Positions 21,028-28,983 of a DNA stretch of 64,000 bases are shown in pieces. The position numbers and the translations under genes are program-made. The notes under the pieces are model-generated. The model had not been told where the DNA came from and did no database searches. It was given only the letters and a program-made list of their open reading frames with translations. The stretch's first letter is position 1. Each line of letters opens with the position of its first letter. Source of the DNA: an uncultured delta proteobacterium (lineage in GTDB: Bacteria > Myxococcota_A > Polyangia > Haliangiales > Haliangiaceae); NCBI GenBank assembly GCA_963848295.1, contig CAWKDB010000010.1, positions 2,240,001 through 2,304,000 of the forward strand. Direction: 5' to 3'.

Positions 21028-21994
21028 CCCCGGGCACCGGCTGCGCCGCTTGCTGTTCATCGTGCCGTACGTCGCGAAGCACCCGGAGGGCGTGCTGGTC
21101 GAGCAGCTCGCGAAGTTGCTCGGCGCCCCGCGCGACGAGCTCGTCGCCGACCTCGATCTGCTGTCGCAGGTCGGTCCGCCCGACGGCGATCCCGGCGAGT
21201 ACCTGCTGGTCTCGGTCGAGGACGGCCGCGTGTTCGTCGATCTCGCGCATCGGCTCACCCGGCCGCTGCGGCTCACGCCGGCCGAAGGCTGCTCGCTGTT
21301 GCTCGGCATCCGCGCGCTGCGCGAGAGCGGCATCGCGCCGTTCGACGCGGCGATGCAGTCGGCGGAGAAGAAGCTGCTGACCGCGCTCGGCCGCGATGCG
21401 ATGGAGGCCGAGAGCCTCGCGACCAGCACGATCGTCGCGGAGCCCGATGCCGCGGTCGCGACGCACCTGCGCGAGCTGGTCAACGCCGCGCGCAAGCACC
21501 TGCGGATCGAGATCGACTACTCGTCGGCATCGCGCCATCAAGCCGAGCACCGGCCGATCGATCCGTACGGCATCGTCCATCACGCCGGCGAGTGGTACGT
21601 GGTCGCCTACTGTCACAAGCGCGGCGACGTCCGCACGTTCCGCATCGATCGGATCTCGGCGTTTCGCCTCACCGGCGAGAAGTTCGAGCGCCCGGTCGAC
21701 TTCGACCTCGAAGCCTATCGCCGCGAGCGGCTCTACGTGCCGAGCGCCGACGCGATCACCGTGCGCGTTCGTCTCGATCAACTCGCCGTGACCCGGATCG
21801 GCGCGAGCTGGCCCGTCGGCGAAGTCACGATGCACGACGACGGCTCGGCCGACCTGATCATCGACTGCGAGGGCTTCGAGTGGGTCACCGGCTGGGTGCT
21901 CGGCCTCGGTCGCCACGCGTGGATCGAGAGCCCGCCCGAAGCGCGCACCGCGATGCGCGAACGAATCGGCCGGATCACCGCCGAGCTGGTGTAG
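21020..21994 (+). CDS. WYL-domain transcriptional regulator, PafC-like
   Basis: RLRRLLFIVPYV..ELVADLDLL..RPLRLTPAE (PafC-type); RPIDPY..WYVVAYC..TFRIDRI; WVLGLG. Overlaps the upstream gene by 8 nt. Confidence 0.85.
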   Translation: MRDPGHRLRRLLFIVPYVAKHPEGVLVEQLAKLLGAPRDELVADLDLLSQVGPPDGDPGEYLLVSVEDGRVFVDLAHRLTRPLRLTPAEGCSLLLGIRALRESGIAPFDAAMQSAEKKLLTALGRDAMEAESLATSTIVAEPDAAVATHLRELVNAARKHLRIEIDYSSASRHQAEHRPIDPYGIVHHAGEWYVVAYCHKRGDVRTFRIDRISAFRLTGEKFERPVDFDLEAYRRERLYVPSADAITVRVRLDQLAVTRIGASWPVGEVTMHDDGSADLIIDCEGFEWVTGWVLGLGRHAWIESPPEARTAMRERIGRITAELV

Positions 21995-22330
21995 CTACGA
22001 CTTCGGCGGGTTCGGATCGACGATCCACGCGCCGTCTTTCCAGATGTACGCGCGGGCGTTGTCGACGATCCACGCGCCGTCTTTCCAGATGTACGTGTTG
22101 TGCTTGCCGCAGCCGGTCACGTTGATCGACGTGTACGGCGCCGCTTTGTCGCCCGCCGCGGACATCACGAGCTGCGGCCGCTCGCACGCCAGATCATACG
22201 ACGCACGCTCGTTGAGCGAGACGCCGTTACCTTGAGACTCGTGCCACCACGTATCCGTGCCGACCGGCGCCGTGCTCGTCGCGCACGCAACGAGCCCGAG
22301 CATCGCGGCGGCGGCGATTGTCCGGGACAT
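21995..22330 (-). CDS. Small lipoprotein
   Basis: LVAC lipobox; RASYDLAC..VTGCG pattern; duplicated C-terminal motif. Confidence 0.7.
   Translation of the reverse strand: MSRTIAAAAMLGLVACATSTAPVGTDTWWHESQGNGVSLNERASYDLACERPQLVMSAAGDKAAPYTSINVTGCGKHNTYIWKDGAWIVDNARAYIWKDGAWIVDPNPPKS
22017..22095. repeat. Perfect 34-bp direct repeat with 45-bp period, encoding YIWKDGAWIVD twice
   Basis: 22017-22050 is identical to 22062-22095. Confidence 0.95.
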
Positions 22331-22367
22331 GATTGGACCATACGCCCACTCCGGGCCCGCGTCTGCG

Positions 22368-22757
22368 TTATGACGCCGCGCGGGTGCCGGCGAGCAGCTT
22401 GTCGAGCTCGCCAGACTCGATGAGCTTCGCGACGTCTTCGGCCCCGCCGATGAACGTGCCCTTGACGAAGATCATCGGGAACGTCGGCCAGCCGGTCCAC
22501 ATCTTGAGCGCGGTGCGCCGCCGCCAGGTGCTGAAGTAGCTGCCGTACTCGAGATAGTGGAACGCGATGCCCTTCGCGTCGAGCGCCTTGCGCGCACGCT
22601 TCGGGAACGGGTTCTGCTTCATCCCGACGACGACGACATCGTGGGCAGCGACCGCGCCCTCGACTTCTTCGATGATGTCGGCGTGGTTCGTCGCGATCTT
22701 CTCGCGAATGGCCGGGTGCACGCGGTCGGCCGGGAAGAGCTTGCGCTGGGTCGTCAT
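22368..22757 (-). CDS. Glutaredoxin-like protein without cysteine
   Basis: WPTFPMIFVKGTFIGG Grx signature; QNPF in the CxxC region. Confidence 0.8.
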   Translation of the reverse strand: MTTQRKLFPADRVHPAIREKIATNHADIIEEVEGAVAAHDVVVVGMKQNPFPKRARKALDAKGIAFHYLEYGSYFSTWRRRTALKMWTGWPTFPMIFVKGTFIGGAEDVAKLIESGELDKLLAGTRAAS

Positions 22758-22839
22758 GGCGTCTAGCGCGACGCTACACCAGCCGCCTCGTCAGATGGGG
22801 AGGTTGCGAGCGGGCCCAGCGATGGTTTGTATATTGCTT

Positions 22840-23151
22840 ATGTCCCGCAACGACACCACCGAACCTGCACCGAGCGCGCCCTCGACCGAGCCGGCTCGCG
22901 ACACCGCGCCGGTGCCGTCAGCGCGGAAGCGCGCGCGCGCGACCAAGCCGTGGCAGGTCAGGGTTCACGAGCTGTTGACGCGAGCGGCGAAGATCTCGGC
23001 GAGCCACGGGGTGGAGGTCGATCCGTTCCTGCGCGGCGCCTGGTCGGCGTATGTCGACGTTCGTCCGGGCCTGCGCGCGTATCTCGAAGACATGCAGCTC
23101 AAAGCGCAGCTCGAGCAGCTGCGCGAATCCGGACGGATCGGGACCGCCTAG
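22840..23151 (+). CDS. Hypothetical protein
   Basis: ATG after an AT-rich promoter-like stretch; helical coding-like C-terminal part. Confidence 0.6.
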   Translation: MSRNDTTEPAPSAPSTEPARDTAPVPSARKRARATKPWQVRVHELLTRAAKISASHGVEVDPFLRGAWSAYVDVRPGLRAYLEDMQLKAQLEQLRESGRIGTA

Positions 23152-23161
23152 CGCGCCGGCG

Positions 23162-23677
23162 CTACTCTTTGACCGTGACCTTGATCATCTTCACCGGCGT
23201 CTTGGGGCGATCGCCCGAGCCGGTCGGTGTGGTCTCGATCTTCTTCACGATGTCCATGCCCGACGTGATCTTGCCGAACACCGGGTGACGCGACGGGCCC
23301 GGCGTGAACCAGTCGAGCCGTCCGTTGTCGATCGTGTTGATGAAGAACTGCGCGCCGCCCGAGTTCGGGGCGCCGGTGTTCGCCATCGACAGCGTGCCCG
23401 GCTTGTTCGACAGCTTGTGCTCCGGCGGATGCTCGTCCTGGATGCGGCCGAACGGCGAGTTGCCGGTGCCGGCGCGCGGGCTCGCCGGATCCTTCGAGAA
23501 CTCGCAGCCGAACTGGATCATGAATTCGTTGATCACGCGGTGGAAGTGCAGCCCGTCGTAGAAGCCGCTCTTCGCGAGCTTGAGGAAGTTGCCCGCGGTG
23601 ACGGGCATCTGGTCTTGGAAGATCTCGGCGGTGAACGTGCCGAGCGAGGTCTCGAACGTCGCGGTCGGATTGGCCAT
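23162..23677 (-). CDS. Cyclophilin-type peptidyl-prolyl isomerase
   Basis: [37 protein letters not shown]. Confidence 0.95.
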   Translation of the reverse strand: MANPTATFETSLGTFTAEIFQDQMPVTAGNFLKLAKSGFYDGLHFHRVINEFMIQFGCEFSKDPASPRAGTGNSPFGRIQDEHPPEHKLSNKPGTLSMANTGAPNSGGAQFFINTIDNGRLDWFTPGPSRHPVFGKITSGMDIVKKIETTPTGSGDRPKTPVKMIKVTVKE

Positions 23678-23736
23678 GGGCCAAGTCCTACCACGCCGAT
23701 TTGCAGCGGTGATCGCTGCGCCGTGTCAGATCGGTT

Positions 23737-24387
23737 TCAGAACGCGAGCCCGAGCTCGGCTCGCGCCGATACGATCCAACTACTCGGCGCGGGCTCGTCC
23801 GGCGGCAACGGGTAGTTGGGTGCGTAACCCGCCGAGCCGATCACGAACAGCTGAAGCCCGATCTTCCCCGGGATCCGGTAGCTCGCGTGAACATCGACCA
23901 CGCCGGCGAGTCCGCCGACGATGTTGCCGCCGTCGCTGAACAGCTCCGTGCCGAGTCCCAGCCCCGCATAGAGTCCGCCGACCAACTCGCGGTGAAAGCG
24001 CATGCCCGTTCCGACTTCGGTGAGCTGTTGCGACGAGGGGCCGCTCCCGACCTGCGTCTGAGCGACGTCGAGGTAGCCCACCCCCATCAGCCGCGCGGTT
24101 CCCCATCCGACCTCGAGACCCAAGACCCAGCCGATTCCGGACTCCGTGCCGAACGGATCGCCCTCGCCGTCGTCGTTAGTGTGAGCTTTGGTCGCGGTCA
24201 CGCCGCCGCGCAGCGCGCCGACGGCGTGAATCTCGCTGTCCGGATCGATCGCCGGGGCCTCTGTTCGGCCCGCCGTGCTGCCGAGTGGCGGCGCGGGTGG
24301 ATCATCCTCGGTCGGCGTCACCGTCGACGGCTGCGCGAACGCGTGCCCCGTGACGAGCAGCACGATCAGCAGCGCGAGCTTGAACAT
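23737..24387 (-). CDS. Secreted or outer-membrane hypothetical beta-barrel protein
   Basis: MFKLALLIVLLVTGHAFA signal; amphipathic strands; ends LGLAF. Confidence 0.65.
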   Translation of the reverse strand: MFKLALLIVLLVTGHAFAQPSTVTPTEDDPPAPPLGSTAGRTEAPAIDPDSEIHAVGALRGGVTATKAHTNDDGEGDPFGTESGIGWVLGLEVGWGTARLMGVGYLDVAQTQVGSGPSSQQLTEVGTGMRFHRELVGGLYAGLGLGTELFSDGGNIVGGLAGVVDVHASYRIPGKIGLQLFVIGSAGYAPNYPLPPDEPAPSSWIVSARAELGLAF

Positions 24388-24402
24388 CTGCGCGCCCGGA
24401 GT

Positions 24403-24418
24403 TGCAGATCCGACGCCA
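24403..24418 (-). promoter_or_regulatory. sigma54 -24/-12 promoter
   Basis: Minus strand TGGCGTCGGATCTGCA (GG-N10-GC), 15 nt before ATG 24387. Confidence 0.5.
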
Positions 24419-24512
24419 GGTGCTCGCGCGAGCACTCACGCGCGGTTCGACCCGCGGTTACCTGCGTGTTTCCGGAATCCGCGACCGCGATGTCTCGAAC
24501 CCGACGCCGTCT

Positions 24513-24911
24513 CTACGCCGTGCCGTCGATCGCGAGCGCGACCATCGCGACCAATTCCTGCGCGCCTTCGTGCTCGACGTTGGCCTTGATGAACTCGTGC
24601 AACGGCAGCTGCGCCTTCTCGAGCTTCGCGAGCGGCTTGCCCCGCGCCGCGGCGTCGAGATCTTCGTACGACAGCGTGCGGACGCGGGCGCCGGCGCGCT
24701 GAAAGCACTGTGCGACCAGGGCGCAATGGAAGATCACGTTGACGATCGCCTCGGCGCCGCCGAGATCGCCTTCGTGCGCGCTGATGAACTGCGCGACCGG
24801 CGTTTGCGATTGCACGAACCCCCCGACCAGCACCGCCGAGTAGTTCGGGTCGGACATCTTCTTCGACGCCTCGGTAACGACCGCGGCGACCTGCTCCTTC
24901 GACAGCTTCAT
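24513..24911 (-). CDS. Hypothetical protein
   Basis: MKLSKEQVAAVV...; overlaps the upstream stop (ATGA). Confidence 0.7.
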   Translation of the reverse strand: MKLSKEQVAAVVTEASKKMSDPNYSAVLVGGFVQSQTPVAQFISAHEGDLGGAEAIVNVIFHCALVAQCFQRAGARVRTLSYEDLDAAARGKPLAKLEKAQLPLHEFIKANVEHEGAQELVAMVALAIDGTA

Positions 24912-25414
24912 GACTCCCCAATGGCCGTGATCGGCGGGCGTGCTCGGCAGAACCGTACCAGAGCCTCCGCGGTGAGCGCCGCGACCTCGGCCGCGAGGTT
25001 CGTACAAAACGCCTTGCGCGCCGGACCTGCGAAGTCGCCATGCGGCCGGACGAGCCGATCGCACGTGATATCGGGCTCGTTGTTGCGCAGCCGGGTCAGC
25101 CACGCGGCTTGGTACCAGCTGACCGCGGCGCGCAGCTCGGCGGTGACCGGGCCGGCTGGATCCGGATCGCCGAGCAGCTCGCCGAGCACCTGCTCGCCCG
25201 CGCGGATCGCCCCGCACGCGCCCTTGCCGGTGATCCCGCCTCGGCGCAGCGCTTGGTACGCCGGGGTCGGCAACCCGAAGGTCTCGGCGAGCGCGATACC
25301 GCAGCTGCGATGTGCGACCTGAACACCCTCGTACAGCACGAACGCTTTCTCGCGCGCGGTCGCGACGTACGCAGCTGCCTCGGCGGTCAGCGGCTGCTCG
25401 CTGGACTCGGCCAT
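24908..25414 (-). CDS. C_GCAxxG_C_C-family putative redox protein
   Basis: RSC..GGITGKGACGAIRAG..ITC..FC pattern. Confidence 0.8.
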   Translation of the reverse strand: MAESSEQPLTAEAAAYVATAREKAFVLYEGVQVAHRSCGIALAETFGLPTPAYQALRRGGITGKGACGAIRAGEQVLGELLGDPDPAGPVTAELRAAVSWYQAAWLTRLRNNEPDITCDRLVRPHGDFAGPARKAFCTNLAAEVAALTAEALVRFCRARPPITAIGES

Positions 25415-25455
25415 GGCGGAATGCTACTGCGGAGGGAGTTATCCGTCGAGAAATC

Positions 25456-27108
25456 GTGACGCCGACCGCCTTTCCGACCGGTGCTCCGCGGCTGCGCAGC
25501 TCGCTCGTGGGGTCGGCGACGCTGCACCTCGCGGTCATCTTCGCCCTCTGGTGGCTCGCTGCATCGAAGCACGCGAGCCCGGAGCTCGTCGATATCGACA
25601 TCGCGCCGGAGGCGCCGCGGGTCGAGGCGCTGCCCCAGGAGGTCGAGAGGCACCAGATCGCCGCGATCGAGCCGGCGGCGACGGCGGCGCTGCCGGATCC
25701 GGAGCCGGCGATGGCAACGACCTCGATCGATGCGGGCGTACCCGATGCGGCGAAGCCCGATGCCGGGCTCAAGCCCGATGCCGCGCTCAAGCCCGATGCC
25801 GCGCTCAAGCCCGATGCCGCGCTCAAGCCCGATGCCGCGCTCAAGCCCGATGCCGCGGTCAAGCCCGATGCCGCGATCGACGCTGGGGACGCCGAGGCGA
25901 TGGTCGCGATGAACCAGGGATCCGCGGCCGGTTCCGGATCCGCTGCCGCTGCCGGATCCGCTGCCGGTTCCGCTGCCGCTGCCGGTTCCGCTGCCGCTGC
26001 CGGTTCCGCTGCCGCTGCCGGTTCCGCTGCCGTTGCCGGTTCCGATTCCGCTGCCGCTTCCGATTCCGCCGCCGGTTCAAATTCCGGTTCCGGTTCCCAG
26101 GTTTCCTATTCTGGATCTGGATCCGGCGCGGGCGCGGAGAGCCTTCCCGCGGTCGCCGGCGCGCCGACGACCGCCGGCACCGCGGCGAATCTGCTCGCCT
26201 ACTTTCCGGCGGGCCACACCGTCACCGCGCTCGTTCGCTTCGATCGCATCCGCGGCACCGAGTGGGCGAGAGCCGCCGAGCAGTTGTTTCGACCGATGCC
26301 CGACTACCGCGGGCTGTTCGGCGATCGAGACGCGGCGATCGCCGACAAGATCGACACCCTCGTGATCTCGACCCCGCAACCGCGTGACGCGACCGCGACG
26401 ACGCTCGTGGCGCACACCAAGCTCGGGCGCGCAGCGCTGCGCGATCTGTTGTCGGCGAACCCGATCAAGTGGTCGACCGCGAAGGGCGGCATGCTCGGCG
26501 TGCGCGCCGGCAAGCTGTTTCCCGGCGACAGGCGCGTCGTGATCTCGCCGTGGTCGGGCTGGTTCTTGCTCGCACAGCCGCAGGATCTCGGTGCGATGAC
26601 CGCGGCGACCGCCGGCGACCTCGATAGCGCGCGACCGCGCGGCAAGCTCCCGGGCTGGGTCGATGGCCTGCGCACGATCGAAGCCGAGTCCGGCGATCCG
26701 CGCGGGCCGGCGCTCGTCGTCACGCTCGCGATCGGCGGCGGCCGGCTGACGTTCCCCGACCTCGGCCTCGGCGTGACCTCGTTGCCGGGACCCGAGCGCC
26801 TGTCGCTGGCGATGGAGCTCGTGCCGCAAGGCTGGCTCGCGCGCGGCAACATCGAGTTCGCGAACGCGGCCGACGCCGAGGAGTTCGTGACCTCCGTCGG
26901 CAAGGCGCAGACCAGCCTCGCGAACAGCATCGCGCTCAAGCTCGTACTCGAGCGCCAGCACGTGTTCTCGGCGATCGTCGGGATGTCGTTGGCGCGGACG
27001 GAAGCGCGCGTGTCGTATGCCACGTCGCTCTCGATCGCGGATGCGCGCGCCCTGCTCGCGGCGGTCGCGGTCACCCTCGACCAATACTTCGCGCACCAGC
27101 GCCCGTGA
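25456..27108 (+). CDS. Membrane-anchored protein with TonB/TolA-like anchor, repetitive linker and unknown C-terminal domain
   Basis: TM helix SATLHLAVIFALWWL; (KPDAAL)n and (AAAGS)n linker. Confidence 0.7.
   Translation: MTPTAFPTGAPRLRSSLVGSATLHLAVIFALWWLAASKHASPELVDIDIAPEAPRVEALPQEVERHQIAAIEPAATAALPDPEPAMATTSIDAGVPDAAKPDAGLKPDAALKPDAALKPDAALKPDAALKPDAAVKPDAAIDAGDAEAMVAMNQGSAAGSGSAAAAGSAAGSAAAAGSAAAAGSAAAAGSAAVAGSDSAAASDSAAGSNSGSGSQVSYSGSGSGAGAESLPAVAGAPTTAGTAANLLAYFPAGHTVTALVRFDRIRGTEWARAAEQLFRPMPDYRGLFGDRDAAIADKIDTLVISTPQPRDATATTLVAHTKLGRAALRDLLSANPIKWSTAKGGMLGVRAGKLFPGDRRVVISPWSGWFLLAQPQDLGAMTAATAGDLDSARPRGKLPGWVDGLRTIEAESGDPRGPALVVTLAIGGGRLTFPDLGLGVTSLPGPERLSLAMELVPQGWLARGNIEFANAADAEEFVTSVGKAQTSLANSIALKLVLERQHVFSAIVGMSLARTEARVSYATSLSIADARALLAAVAVTLDQYFAHQRP
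25753..25878 (+). repeat. 18-bp coding tandem repeat, 7 copies (AAGCCCGATGCCGCGCTC; KPDAAL)
   Basis: Directly visible. Confidence 0.95.
25918..26130 (+). repeat. Degenerate 12/18-bp coding repeat (GCCGGTTCCGCTGCCGCT; AGSAAA) and GS tract
   Basis: Directly visible. Confidence 0.9.
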
Positions 27109-28148
27109 TCCTGCACACTAGATGCATGCGAGTACGGGCGGTCGCCGTCGCCATCGTCGCGATCGCGACCGTGATCTCGTGCCGGCACCGCGATGCGAGT
27201 TGGCCGCTCGCACCCGTCGGCGCGAACGCTCTCGACGAGAAGCAGAGCCCGTATGCCGACGACGGCGCCGGATGGCTCGCGCGCGCTTCGGTCCACCTGT
27301 GGCTCGGCGGCGACGACGGCAGCGACACCCGCCCCGCGGTCACGGCGGTCGGCGGCGACGACTACGGCGGCAATCCGTTCGCGGGCGACCCCTACGGCGG
27401 GCAGAACTACGCCGGTTGGCAACCGCAATCGTGGGACGCCGACAAGCTCGATACGTTCGCGCCGAGCTACGAGACCAGCGACGGGTTGACCGGCGCGATC
27501 GAAGGCACGATCGCGTGGACCGGCGCGACTCCGGCGCGGCTGACGTCGTCATGTGGCGCGATCGAGCCGAGCTTGCGGGTCGGACCGCGCGGCGCGCTGC
27601 GCGGCGTGCTCGTCTACATCAACAAGATCGAGACCGGGCGCGAGACTCCGACCTCGAGCCGGCCGATGATCGTCGGCGGGACGATCGCGAAGCGCGGCTG
27701 CGGATTCGAGCCGGTCGCGCAGATCGTCGCACCGACCAGCACGACGAGCGCCGCCCCGCTCGCGATCTACGGCGACGATCGACCGGCGACGTTGCACATC
27801 ACGAGCCCCGACGGCGTCGCCTCGACCGTCGCGCTGCAAGCCGGCGCGATCACCGCGGTCACCGTGCCGCCCGGCGTCACCCGCGTCGCCGACGAGGACG
27901 GGACCTCGGGCGCGGCCTGGGTCGTCGGACTCGATACGCCGTACTACGCGATCACCGACGACCGCGGACACTTTCGCATCGATCAGCTCCCGGACGGGCC
28001 GTTCGTCGTCACCGTGTGGGTGCCGCCGAGCCCGCGCGTCGGCGCGAACGGAACCGTGACCTACGGCGCTCCGATCGTGGTCACGCACAAGGTCAACGTC
28101 GTCGCCGCAAAGATCGCGGCGATGAACGTCGCGATCGGTCGTCGATAA
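27105..28148 (+). CDS. Putative lipoprotein with carboxypeptidase-regulatory-like domain
   Basis: VISC lipobox; GALRGVLVYI, KRGCGFEP, PYYAITDDRGHFRIDQLPDG. Start may be ATG 27126. Confidence 0.7.
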   Translation: MILHTRCMRVRAVAVAIVAIATVISCRHRDASWPLAPVGANALDEKQSPYADDGAGWLARASVHLWLGGDDGSDTRPAVTAVGGDDYGGNPFAGDPYGGQNYAGWQPQSWDADKLDTFAPSYETSDGLTGAIEGTIAWTGATPARLTSSCGAIEPSLRVGPRGALRGVLVYINKIETGRETPTSSRPMIVGGTIAKRGCGFEPVAQIVAPTSTTSAAPLAIYGDDRPATLHITSPDGVASTVALQAGAITAVTVPPGVTRVADEDGTSGAAWVVGLDTPYYAITDDRGHFRIDQLPDGPFVVTVWVPPSPRVGANGTVTYGAPIVVTHKVNVVAAKIAAMNVAIGRR

Positions 28149-28172
28149 GAACCGCTGCGCGTCGTCCGGCGC

Positions 28173-28189
28173 TGTCCGAGTTTCGGACA
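28173..28189. promoter_or_regulatory. Perfect palindrome TGTCCGA-GTT-TCGGACA, candidate enhancer site
   Basis: About 60 nt upstream of a sigma54 promoter. Confidence 0.55.
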
Positions 28190-28248
28190 AAGCCGGCCGG
28201 ACGGCGGACGGTTCCGGCCATCGCGATCGAGAGATCGCGAGCTTGCGC

Positions 28249-28264
28249 CGGCATCGGGCTTGCT
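28249..28264 (+). promoter_or_regulatory. sigma54 -24/-12 promoter
   Basis: CGGCATCGGGCTTGCT with near-consensus TTGC. Confidence 0.7.
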
Positions 28265-28305
28265 CTTGCTGACCGTGACGCGTTGGCGTCGGAAAGCAGG
28301 GAGTC

Positions 28306-28554
28306 GTGCAGAAGCGAATGTTCAAGGTCATCACTCACATCGAAAAGAAGGGCGGCGGCGGCTACTGGATGCGGATCGGCAGCGGGTTCCCCAACAAGGA
28401 CGACTCGATCAACGTCTATCTCGACGCGATGCCGAAGTCGCTCGAGTTCCAGTTGCGCGAGCTCGACGCCGAGGATCTCGCGAAGCGAGAGCGGTTCCAA
28501 GCGCGCGGCATCGGCCCGCAAGCGACCACCACCAGCAATCCACTTCCGTTCTGA
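28306..28554 (+). CDS. Small conserved-looking protein (YWMRIGSGFPNKDDSINVYLDAMP), possibly nucleic-acid binding
   Basis: SD AGGGAG; beta-rich aromatic/basic core; ends NPLPF like an SSB-type tail. Start GTG 28306 or ATG 28318. Confidence 0.75.
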   Translation: MQKRMFKVITHIEKKGGGGYWMRIGSGFPNKDDSINVYLDAMPKSLEFQLRELDAEDLAKRERFQARGIGPQATTTSNPLPF

Positions 28555-28566
28555 AAGGACTTCGTC

Positions 28567-28983
28567 ATGGTTTCGATCATCACAACGTGGTCGCGTCGGC
28601 TCGCGCCGATCGCGGCCGTCATGGCTCTGTTCGTGTCGATGGGCGGCAGCTGGTCGATCGCATCGGCCGCGCCAACCGCAGCCAGCACATCGGGCCCGCC
28701 CGGCTCGCTCGCCGCATCGCCAGCGGCGCGTCCGGCGAAGAAGTCGGCGCGCAAAGAGCTCGTCGGCAAGCTAAACCTCAACACCGCGACCGAGGACCAG
28801 CTGATGCAGCTGCCCACGGTCGGTCCGGCGAAGGCCGAACGCATCGTCGCGTGGCGCAAGAGGAATGGCAGCTTCAAGCGGATCGCGGATCTGCGGCGGG
28901 TCAAGGGCTTCGGCTACAAGACGTTCAAGCGGCTCGAGCCGTTCCTCGACATCAAAGGAGACAGTACGCTGTCGGACCGATGA
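28567..28983 (+). CDS. comEA: ComEA-family helix-hairpin-helix DNA-binding protein, secreted
   Basis: Signal peptide; LNLNTATEDQLMQLPTVGPAKAERIVAWR..GSFKRIADLRRVKGFG. Confidence 0.88.
   Translation: MVSIITTWSRRLAPIAAVMALFVSMGGSWSIASAAPTAASTSGPPGSLAASPAARPAKKSARKELVGKLNLNTATEDQLMQLPTVGPAKAERIVAWRKRNGSFKRIADLRRVKGFGYKTFKRLEPFLDIKGDSTLSDR

Noticed and set aside
19849..21994. WYL pair as an anti-phage defence island regulator
   Set aside because: No defence effectors, nucleases or mobile genes nearby; composition matches the core genome; the architecture is PafBC-like.
22017..22095. Possible DGR template/variable repeat pair
   Set aside because: The copies are identical and adjacent, with no adenine-specific differences and no reverse transcriptase.
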